Shown piece after piece: positions 41,504 to 50,750 of a stretch of 64,000 nt of DNA. The first letter of the stretch is position 1. Each line of letters begins with the position of its first letter. The DNA is taken from contig CAWANP010000018.1 of the NCBI GenBank assembly GCA_963783445.1, positions 17,431-81,430 of the forward strand. The letters are read 5' to 3'. The notes beneath the pieces were generated by a model. The model was given only the letters and a program-made list of their open reading frames with translations, was not told where the DNA came from and made no database searches. Made by a program: the position numbers and the translations under genes. This DNA comes from an uncultured Chloroflexia bacterium. Its GTDB lineage: Bacteria; Chloroflexota; Anaerolineae; JAAYZQ01.

Positions 41504-43715
41504 CTACCCCCGCAACCTCGCATCCAGCGCCGTATGCCGCTCCATGATCTGGTTGTTGCGTACGGCAATGCCGGTGGCCCGCCGGCTGCCCACCAGCACC
41601 ACCAACTCCTTGGCCCGGGTCACGGCCGTGTACAGCAGGTTCCGCTGCAGCATCACATAGTGCTGGGTCAGCACCGGCACGACGACGGCCCGGTACTCGC
41701 TGCCCTGGCTCTTGTGGACGCTCACCGCGTAGGCGTGGACCAGCTCATCCAGTTCTGAGAACTCGTAGGCCACCTCCTGGTCGTCCACGCGAACGGCCAG
41801 CGCCTGGTTCACCGGGTCCAGGGCGATGATGCGCCCCATATCGCCGTTGTATACCTCTTTGTCATAGTTGTTGCGGATCTGCATCACCCGGTCGCCGGCC
41901 CGGAACACCTGCGAAGCGCGTCGGTGCTCGGCTCTGCCTGCTGCCGGGGGGTTCAGGGCCGCCTGCAGGCGCCGGTTCAACTCGCCCACGCCCGCCGCCC
42001 CGCGGTGCATGGGCGACAGCACCTGGATGTCCTCCATGGGGTTGAGGCCAAAGCGTCCGGGAATGCGGTTCTGTACCAGGTCCACCACCAGATCGGCGGC
42101 CCGCTCGGCATCCTCGGCAGGGAACAGGAAGAAATCGGCCGCGCTCTTGGGGAACTGCGGCATCTCGCCCCGGTTGATGCGGTGGGCGTTCTCGATGATC
42201 AGGCTGCCCTCCGCCTGGCGGAAAATCTCCTCCAGTTGTACCACGGCCGCCACCCCGGACTCGATGATGTCCTTGAGCACGTTGCCCGCGCCGACGCTGG
42301 GCAACTGGTCCACGTCGCCCACCAGCAGCAAGTGGCTCTCGGGATGGATGGCCTTCAGCAGGTTGTTGGTCAGCAGCAGGTCCAGCATGCTGGCCTCGTC
42401 GACGATGACCATGTCGGCTTCGATCGGGTTCTCCTCGTTCCGCTGAAACTGGAACCCCTTCTGTGGTTTGAATTCCAGCAGGCGGTGGAGCGTCTTGGCC
42501 TCCTGCCCGGTGGCCTCGGCCAGGCGCTTGGCCGCCCGGCCGGTGGGCGCCGCCAGGGCATAGCTCAAGCCCTTGGCCTCCAGGAGCCGGATGATGGTTC
42601 GCACCGCCGTGGTCTTGCCCGTACCCGGCCCGCCGGTGAGCACCGTCAGCCTTGTTTGTCAGCGCCTTCTGGACGGCGAGCTGCTGGCCCTGATTCAGGG
42701 ACAGCCCGCCTTCATCCGCCAGGTGCTCAAACACGCGCTCCAGGTCCGCCGTCTGGAAAAAGGCCAGCCGGCTCTTCTCCACGTTCAAGATCGTCTTGAG
42801 CCGGTTGGCCACGCCGATCTCGCCATAGTAAAAGGGAGGCAGGTAGACAGCCTTCTCCTCTTGCAGCAGGTGCGCCGGGGGCTGATCATCCGGCACGTCG
42901 TAGGTGATCGCTTCGACGTGAACCTGTTTCTCGATGGCCAGGCCTTCGATCCCCTGGCTCACCAGATCTGAGGCTACCTCGAGGATGCGGGTGCTTTCGT
43001 GTACCAGCTCGCCCTGCGGGGAGTAGACGTGGCCGTCGCCGGCCATCTGGCTCAAGGTGTAGGTGATGCCGGCCTGTACCCGTTGCGGGCTATCGTGGGC
43101 CAGGCCCAGCTCGCGGGCGATCTTGTCCGCTGTGAGAAAGCCGATGCCATAGATATCGCGGGCCAGGCGATAGGGATCGTTGCGCACCACGTCGATGCTG
43201 GCGTCGCCATAGGTCTTGTAGATGCGCACTGCGTGTGAAGTGCTGACGTTGTGGCTCTGGAGGAAGAGCATCACCTCCTTGATGGCTTTTTGCTCCTCCC
43301 AGGCGCTTGTGATTCGGGCCACGCGCTGTTTGCCCACGCCCAGTACTTCGCGCAGGCGCTGCGGGTCCTCCTCGATGACGCGCAGCGTATCCATCTTGAA
43401 ACGGCGCACGATGCGCCGCGCTGTCACCGGGCCGACTCCTTTGATGAGGCCCGAGCCCAGGTACTTTTCGATGCCGGTCGCGGTGGCCGGCAGCACGGTG
43501 GCATAGCGCTCGACCTGGAACTGGCGGCCGTAGCGGGCATGGGACGCCCACTGCCCGTGCAGCCGCAGGCTCTCGCCCGGGCTGACTTCCAGCAGGTTGC
43601 CGACCACCGTCACGGTGTACTCCCGGCCCTCGGGTGTGACCTGGGCGACGGTATAGCCGTTCTCCTCGTTGTAGTAGGTCATCCGCTCGATGGTGCCGAC
43701 CAAGGTTTCTGACAT
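41504..43715 (-). CDS. recD2: ATP-dependent RecD-like DNA helicase RecD2, frameshift ~42648
   Basis: GTIERMTYYNEENGYTVA, YLGSGLIKGVGP, GIGF..AD, LTGGPGTGKTT, APTGRAAKRL, DEASM, GDVDQLPSVG, HKSQGSEY, LYTAVTRAK. Confidence 0.95.
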
Positions 43716-43996
43716 CCGCTCTAGTGTCCTCAGGCCCAGCCTACCCGCACGATTGAATAAACTGTTTGCCGGTCCAAGCTTACCACAACCCCAATCGGCT
43801 GTCAACGCCCAATCGGGATCCTCCAGTAGGTTTCTGCCATACTGTAGGGCGCCAACTCATGCCTGGATCGCTCAAGTAGCAGGGCGGACGCCAGCGCGAA
43901 CCCGCGGGATGTTGTTCATGTCAGGGGACAATGCAGCGAACCTGCCCTGGTATGGGCGCGTCCCTCAGCCTCTGATTGCTTCCCTGCTCTGTTGTG

Positions 43997-44005
43997 TGGT
44001 ATAAT
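43997..44005 (+). promoter_or_regulatory. Extended -10 promoter of the cca operon
   Basis: TG-G-TATAAT about 120 nt upstream of the start. Confidence 0.55.
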
Positions 44006-44124
44006 CAACGCTGCGAGTTCCCTGGAGGGCTGAGCTACGCTGTCACCCGCTGCAGCGGGCTGCCAGGATTCATCTTCTATCATCTCGGAATCCCCTCAGC
44101 CCTTTTGGCACGATGAGAGAGTCC

Positions 44125-46749
44125 ATGGGCGAACAACTGATCCTGACGCACGAAAACACCGATTTCGATGGCCTGGCGTCGCAACTGGCGGCCTGGAAGC
44201 TCTACTCCCCGGCCCAGCCTGTGCTGCCTCGCCGCCCCAACCGCAACCTGCGCGACTTTCTGACCCTGTACTGGGATGAACTGCCCTACGTGCGGCACGA
44301 GGATCTGCCCCGGCGCATGGAGGTGGAGCGCATTATTCTGGTAGATACCCAGACTCTGGTGACCCCCAAGGGCATGACGGATGACACCATCGTCCAGATC
44401 ATCGATCATCATCCGCTTAGCCGCGAGCTACCGCCCCACTGGAGCTATTCTGGCGAGGAAGTGGGGGCCACGGTCACCCTGCTTCTGGAGCGGATCATCG
44501 CTGCCAGGGTCTCCCTCACGCCGGTGGAGGCCACGCTGCTGGCTCTGGGCATCTATGAGGACACTGGCTCTCTGGCCTATCCCACCACCACGGTCCGCGA
44601 TCTGCGCTGCGCCACATGGCTGGCGGAGCATGGGGCCAACCTGGCCGTCGTCAGCGACTTTCTGCACCATGCCCTCACCGAGCAACAGTTGGCTCTCTAC
44701 GATGCTCTGCTGGACAGCGCCGAAGCGGTCGATTTCTCCGGACATACCGTCATCATTGCCACAGCCACTGCTGAGGGCTATGTGGAAGAGATCTCTACCC
44801 TGGCCCACAAGATCCGCGACCTGTATGACCCGGCGGGGCTGTTCCTCCTGGTAGACCTGGGCGAGTACCTGCAATTGGTGGCCCGTTCCACAACCGATGC
44901 CGTGGATGTAGGCCACATCGCCGATCACTTTGGGGGCGGCGGTCACAGCCGGGCCGCCGCGGCGCTCGTCCGTGAGATGGATCTGGAGGCTGCCCGTCGG
45001 CATCTCACTGATTTCTTGGAGCGGCACATTCACCCCAGCCAGACCGTGGCCCAGATCATGTCCTATGGCGTCCATACCCTCGATCCCCAAACCACGGTGG
45101 ACCAAGCCGCGGATGAGATGCTGAAATATGGATTCGAGGGCTTTCCCATCGTCGACGACGGCGGCCAGATCTTGGGCATCCTGACCCGCCGCGAGATCGA
45201 TAGGGCCAGACGCCTGCGCCTGGGCAGCATGCCGGTGAGCCACTATATGACCAAGGGCAACATCCACGTCACGCCCGCAGACTCGGTGGAGCGCCTGCAG
45301 CAGGTGATGACCCAATTCGGCGTCGGCCAGGTACCGGTGGTGGAGAGAGAAAAGAACGAGAGTACCGGGGAGATCATTGGCGTGGTCACCCGCACCGACC
45401 TGATCAAGCTGTGGACCGAGCCGCCTCACCAGCCGCCGCGCCGGCGCGAGATCGCGCGAAAGATCGAATCTGCATTGCCGGGCCCCCTTCTCGATCTGCT
45501 CAAGCAGGCCAGCCAACTGGCCCAGGAGATGGGTTATCCTCTATACGTCGTGGGTGGCTTTGTGCGTGACCTGTTGCTCGGGGCGCCAACCCTCGACATG
45601 GACCTGGTCGTAGAGGGCGATGCCATCCGGCTGGCCCGGCGGCTGGGCAGAAGGGTGGCCGCCCGTACCCGCAGTCACAGGCGTTTTGGTACGGCCAAGA
45701 TTATCTTGGAGGGTCGCGAGAAGGAGTTTGGCATTCCCTCCCTCGACTTTGCCACAGCTCGGCTCGAGTTCTACGAGCACTCGGCCGCCCTGCCCGAAGT
45801 GGAGCGCAGTTCCATCAAGGCTGACCTCCACCGCCGCGACTTTACAATCAACACGCTGGCCATTCGCCTCGACTCGGACCACTATGGCCAACTGCTCGAT
45901 TTTTATGGGGGCGAGCAGGATCTGGATGCCGCGTTGATCCGGGCCCTGCACAGCTTGAGTTTCATCGAGGATCCAACTCGCATCATGCGTGCGGCGCGAT
46001 TTGAACAGCGCCTGGACTTTACCATCGAAGCCCGCACAGCGGAATTGATCGACAATGCTCTGCCCATGCTCTCCCGCGTCACGGGAGAACGCATCCGCCA
46101 CGAACTCTATCTCATCCTCCGCGAGCGAGAACCCGAACGTGCTCTGTGTCGGCTGGATGACCTGAACGTGCTGGCCCAGCTCCATCCGCGCCTGTCCTGC
46201 CTTGAGGAGACCTGGGGGCTGTTCGCCAGCCTGCGCGATACCATCGCTCAAGGGCATTGGAACGTCCCACCGGCTGAAAATGGCCGCCCGGAACCAGGTC
46301 TCTACCTGGCCTTGCTCACCTATGACCTGTCGCGCCATGAGCTGGAATCGTTGGTCAATCGCCTCAAGATCTTTCGCGGTGATCTGGCCTTGCTCTACCA
46401 GGTATCGGACCTGAAACAGCGTGAGGCGGACCTCCAACAACAAGATCTCTCGAACCACGAGATCTATGCCCTGCTGCGTTTTAGTAGCTCGCCGGCTCTG
46501 ATGATTCTGTGGTTGTGCACCGGGTCGGTTCGGGTGCGCGAGTGGCTGTGGTATTATGAAACCGAACTACGACATGTTCAGCCTGAAGTAGATGGCGAGT
46601 ATCTCAAAGGCCTGGGCTTGAAGCCGTCGCCTCTCTTTAGCAAATTGCTGCATGCGGTTCGCGATGCTCGCCTGGACGGCGAGATCGAGACCATGGAGGA
46701 GGAAAAGGCCCTCGTCGCTCGCCTATTGGCAGAGCGGGAAAAGGGCTAG
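44125..46749 (+). CDS. cca: DHH-DHHA1-CBS-CBS-tRNA nucleotidyltransferase (class II, A-adding-type architecture)
   Basis: THENTDFD, IDHH, GGGGH..AA, two CBS domains, VGGFVRD..DMDLVVEG, DFATARLEFY, DLHRRDFTIN, EDPTRIMRA. Confidence 0.9.
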   Translation: MGEQLILTHENTDFDGLASQLAAWKLYSPAQPVLPRRPNRNLRDFLTLYWDELPYVRHEDLPRRMEVERIILVDTQTLVTPKGMTDDTIVQIIDHHPLSRELPPHWSYSGEEVGATVTLLLERIIAARVSLTPVEATLLALGIYEDTGSLAYPTTTVRDLRCATWLAEHGANLAVVSDFLHHALTEQQLALYDALLDSAEAVDFSGHTVIIATATAEGYVEEISTLAHKIRDLYDPAGLFLLVDLGEYLQLVARSTTDAVDVGHIADHFGGGGHSRAAAALVREMDLEAARRHLTDFLERHIHPSQTVAQIMSYGVHTLDPQTTVDQAADEMLKYGFEGFPIVDDGGQILGILTRREIDRARRLRLGSMPVSHYMTKGNIHVTPADSVERLQQVMTQFGVGQVPVVEREKNESTGEIIGVVTRTDLIKLWTEPPHQPPRRREIARKIESALPGPLLDLLKQASQLAQEMGYPLYVVGGFVRDLLLGAPTLDMDLVVEGDAIRLARRLGRRVAARTRSHRRFGTAKIILEGREKEFGIPSLDFATARLEFYEHSAALPEVERSSIKADLHRRDFTINTLAIRLDSDHYGQLLDFYGGEQDLDAALIRALHSLSFIEDPTRIMRAARFEQRLDFTIEARTAELIDNALPMLSRVTGERIRHELYLILREREPERALCRLDDLNVLAQLHPRLSCLEETWGLFASLRDTIAQGHWNVPPAENGRPEPGLYLALLTYDLSRHELESLVNRLKIFRGDLALLYQVSDLKQREADLQQQDLSNHEIYALLRFSSSPALMILWLCTGSVRVREWLWYYETELRHVQPEVDGEYLKGLGLKPSPLFSKLLHAVRDARLDGEIETMEEEKALVARLLAEREKG

Positions 46750-46752
46750 CTG

Positions 46753-47322
46753 GTGGCGGAGACCGGTCGAGTACCCAGCCCTGGTCGCACTGTCGTCGTT
46801 GGTACCAGCGGATCGGGCAAGACCACGTTCGCCCACCAACTGGCACGGTGGCTGGATGTCCCTCACGTGGAATTGGATGCGATCTACTGGGGACCCAATT
46901 GGACGCCACTGCCGATTGATGCTTTTCGGGTACGTGTTGAGGAAGCGCTTAACGGCGATGCCTGGACCGCCGATGGCAATTACAGCAAGGTGCGGGATAT
47001 CGTCTGGGGCCGGGCCGATACGGTCGTTTGGCTGGACTATCCTCTGCCACTGGTCATGGCCCGGGTCATCAAACGGACGTGCTATCGGACCCTAACACGG
47101 GAGGAGCTTTGGAGCGGGAATCGGGAGCGTTTTCTGGAGGCGTTTTTTGGCCGTGATTCCATTGTACTCTGGGCGCTGAGTACCTACAATCGCAGGCGAA
47201 GGGAGTATCCGACCCTCTTTGGCCGGCCCGAATACGCCCATCTGAAGGTCATACGCCTGCAATCGTCTCGTGCCGCCCGCAAGTGGCTGGATGGACAGGG
47301 ACCAGTGACGGGGGACGGATGA
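46753..47322 (+). CDS. Adenylate-kinase-like P-loop protein (FlaR/topology-modulation type)
   Basis: GTSGSGKTT, VELDAIYWGPNW, DGNYS, WGRADTVVWLD. Confidence 0.85.
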   Translation: MAETGRVPSPGRTVVVGTSGSGKTTFAHQLARWLDVPHVELDAIYWGPNWTPLPIDAFRVRVEEALNGDAWTADGNYSKVRDIVWGRADTVVWLDYPLPLVMARVIKRTCYRTLTREELWSGNRERFLEAFFGRDSIVLWALSTYNRRRREYPTLFGRPEYAHLKVIRLQSSRAARKWLDGQGPVTGDG

Positions 47323-47366
47323 CAAATGACAAGGCTCCAGTCGCTAGTGTCTAGTACCCAATCATC

Positions 47367-47840
47367 ATGACCAAGATTCGAACCCATGCCCTTCGTGCCC
47401 TTGACGAACACGACATCTCCTACCAGGTGCTGCTGCATGACCGCAGGGCCACGAACGTGGAAGAGGCTGCCGCCGAACGGGGTGTGTCGATCCGCCAGGT
47501 GGTCAAGACGCTCCTGGTCCGCCGGCCGGACCGCAAGCACCTGATCGCCCTGGTACGGGGCGACCGGCGCCTGAGCCTCAAGAAACTGGCCCGCATCGCG
47601 GGCGTAAAGAGGCTGGAAATGGCGCCAGGGGCCGATGTGCCGCGCATTACAGGCTACCAGATCGGCGCTGTGGCGCCCGTAGGCCTGCGCCGCACCGACC
47701 TGCCCATCTATATCGATGAGACTATTCTGACAGAGCCGCGGGTGAGCATCAGCGCCGGACGGCACGATGCTGGCCTGGAATTGGCTACCGCAGACCTGAT
47801 CCACGTCGTAAATGGACAGGTTGCTGACATCACAGAGTAG
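47367..47840 (+). CDS. ybaK: YbaK/EbsC aminoacyl-tRNA deacylase
   Basis: VVKTLLV, GYQIGAVAPVG, ISAGRH. Confidence 0.85.
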   Translation: MTKIRTHALRALDEHDISYQVLLHDRRATNVEEAAAERGVSIRQVVKTLLVRRPDRKHLIALVRGDRRLSLKKLARIAGVKRLEMAPGADVPRITGYQIGAVAPVGLRRTDLPIYIDETILTEPRVSISAGRHDAGLELATADLIHVVNGQVADITE

Positions 47841-47859
47841 AACCACGGAGCCTGGTGCC

Positions 47860-49690
47860 ATGAGCACAGCCCCACAACCCAGTACGCCCGCTTCTACCCC
47901 GGATACGACCTTGGATGAACCTCAGGGCGTACCTGACGAGGAACTCCAGGACTGGCCCATCGACCGCGCCCGCTACCGGCGTGTGGTTCGCTATTTCTCC
48001 GGCGTCATCGCCCACTTTGTCTGGTGGGAGATCATCCTGCGCGCGATCTTGGGCCGTCGTTTTGTAAGATCGCTCCTCTGCCCGGCGCTGGCAGCGCATC
48101 GCCCGGCGCTACCGGAACCTGGCCGTCGAGTTGGGCGGGGTTCTGATCAAGCTCGGCCAATTTCTCAGTGTTCGTGTAGACGTTTTGCCCTACGTCGTCA
48201 CCCATGAACTGGCAGGTTTGCAGGATGAGGTTCCCGCCGAAGACCTGGCCGACATCCAGGCCGTTGTGGAGGCCGAGTATGGGCAGCCGATGAACCAGAT
48301 CTTTGTCTGGTTCGCCCCACAGCCCGAAGCCGCCGCCTCCCTGGCCCAGGTTCACCGTGCCCGGCTTCTCACCGGCGACGACGTGGTCGTCAAGGTCCAG
48401 CGTCCGGGTATCGAGACAGCCGTCGCAACCGATCTCCGGGCCATTGAGACCGTCACGCGCAGGCTCAAGCGCTACCGGCCCATCCGCCGGCGCGTCGACC
48501 TGGATCGCCTGTACGCCGAGTTCAGCCGTACCACGCGCGACGAACTGGACTTTGTGCTCGAAGGTGAAAACGCCGAGCAGTTCGCCGAGAACTTTGCCGA
48601 TGATCCAGGCGTGCGCATCCCCAGGATCTTTGCCGCGTCGTCAACGCGCCGTGTCTTGATCATGGAGAACGTGGCCAGCATCAAGATCACGGACTTTTCG
48701 GCTCTGGAGGCCGCGGGTATTGACCGCAAGGAGGTCGCGCGCCGCCTCTTCGATACCTATCTGCAGCAAGTCTTTGTCTACAATTTTGTCCACGCCGATC
48801 CCCATCCCGGCAATCTGTTTGTCCAGCCCCTGCAGCCGGCGCCGGATACACCAGGTTCGTCCAGTGTACCGTCCCTCGGCCAGATGCTGTCAGGCGGGGC
48901 TCCGGGCACCCAAGACAGTGGGGGCGCGCCTTTCCGGCTTGTTTTTGTAGATTTTGGCATGGTGGCCACGGTCCCCGAGCGCGTGCGCGAGCATCTGCGT
49001 GACTTTCTCTTTGGTTTTGCCACACGCGATGCGGCCCGGGTGGTACGCGCCTATCAGGGGGCAGGCGTACTGCTGCCCGACGCCGACCTGGCCCGCCTTG
49101 AGCAGATGGAAGCCGAGATCATGGAGCGCTACTCGGGTCTGACGCTGAGCCAGGCACAGCAGGCTGCCAGGGACGATTGGCAGGACCTGGCCCACGAGTA
49201 TCGTGATGTCTTGTACGAGATGCCCTTTCAGTTCCCCACCGATCTACTCTTTGTGGGACGGGCGATCGCTATCCTTTTTGCCATGGCCACCTCACTGGAC
49301 CCTGACCTTGATCCCTGGGCCGCGGTCAAGCCCTTTGCCCGGCAGATGGCGACCAGCGAAGCACAACGTGACTGGCGCGGGTTGCTGGGCGAACTGGAGC
49401 AAGCGACTCGCGTGCTTCTCTCGCTGCCCGGGCAGGCTGATCGCTTCTTCCGTCGCGCCAGCCTGGGTGAGTTGACGGTGCGTACATCCTGGCCGCCTGA
49501 AGCCATGCGAACCGTGCGCCGTGTGGAGACAGCGGTCAATCGCCTCACCAGCGCCGTGATCTTTGCTGCACTGTTGCTGGCAGCCGTGGCCGTCTATGTG
49601 ACCCAGGGCGCCGGCCTGGTCAGCTATGTCCTCTGTGCGCTGGCGGCGGTGGCGTTGCTGGCAACGCTTATCCGCAGAACCCCCGGCTGA
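47860..49690 (+). CDS. ABC1/UbiB (AarF) family atypical kinase, frameshift(s) ~48070-48130
   Basis: LGGVLIKLGQFLS, LQDEVP, AAASLAQVH, VKVQRP, ELDF, HADPHPGN, DFGMV; C-terminal TM helices. Confidence 0.9.
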
Positions 49691-49819
49691 TCTCCCAAAA
49701 TGGGTTTTCGCCTTGCCTCAGATATGTTATAATATGGGTGCCCGACCTCAGCAGGCCGGGTGACAGATCTCTCTTCAGTGACCGGTGATCCCTGAGGACC
49801 AGGGACGAGGAGGTGAGGT

Positions 49820-50719
49820 ATGCGCTGGCTTCAGTCGCAACCCGAACAAAACTCGGGCGCCATCCGCCGTTCTGTCATCGCCGGGACTTGGTATCCGGGT
49901 ACGGAACAGAGTCTGGCCCGTGCCGTAGATGGCTATTTGGCTCAAGCAGATCGGGCGCCAGGGACTGGCGAGCCGGTTCCAGGTGAGTTGCTGGCGCTCA
50001 TCAGCCCGCATGCTGGCTACGCCTATTCTGGCCAGACAGCGGCCCATGCCTACCACCAGTTGCAGAGTCGAGAAGTCAAGACTGTGGTGCTGCTGGGCCC
50101 CAGTCATCGGGCCTGGGTGGGTGACTATGCCACGAATGACGTGGATGCCTATGAAACGCCGCTGGGCCTGGTGCCCCTGGATCGGGGATTCATCATAGCT
50201 CTGGACGAAAGGGTCTCGCTGCCGCGCCTGCGCCGCGATGAGGAGCATTCGCTGGAGATCCAGTTGCCGTTCCTTCAGCGCCAACTGGGTGATTTTCAAC
50301 TGGTACCGATCCTGATGAATGCCGAGGATCCGGCCGCCGCCCAGAGGTTGGCAAAGTCCCTGGCCGAGGTTGTCCAGCAGCGCTCGTGCGGCAACCACAG
50401 TTGCGGCCGCCACCTGTTGGTGGCCAGTTCCGATCTGCACCACATCGATGACTATGAAAAAGTAGTCCGCCGTGACGAGCCGGTCGTGGAGGCCATTGCC
50501 GCCTACGATCTGAGTGTCCTCACGCCATTGCTGATGGCGCCAGATTGTTCCGTATGCGGCCGGATGCCCATCTTGACCGTCCTACACGCGGCCAGGAACC
50601 TGGGGGCTGACGCTGTACGGATTCTCCAGCACACCAACTCGGGTGAGGTCAGCGGCCAGCGCCGGTCCGGTACGTATACGGTCGGCTATATGTCGGCCGC
50701 CATCTACAAGTCCCAATAG
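49820..50719 (+). CDS. amrB: AmmeMemoRadiSam system protein B (MEMO1 family)
   Basis: AGTWYP, PHAGYAYSG, GPSH, EHSLEIQLPFLQ, ASSDLHH, CG..P, VGY; AGGAGGTG RBS. Confidence 0.9.
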   Translation: MRWLQSQPEQNSGAIRRSVIAGTWYPGTEQSLARAVDGYLAQADRAPGTGEPVPGELLALISPHAGYAYSGQTAAHAYHQLQSREVKTVVLLGPSHRAWVGDYATNDVDAYETPLGLVPLDRGFIIALDERVSLPRLRRDEEHSLEIQLPFLQRQLGDFQLVPILMNAEDPAAAQRLAKSLAEVVQQRSCGNHSCGRHLLVASSDLHHIDDYEKVVRRDEPVVEAIAAYDLSVLTPLLMAPDCSVCGRMPILTVLHAARNLGADAVRILQHTNSGEVSGQRRSGTYTVGYMSAAIYKSQ

Positions 50720-50750
50720 AGCTTTGTTTTGACTACTAGCCACTAGTCCC

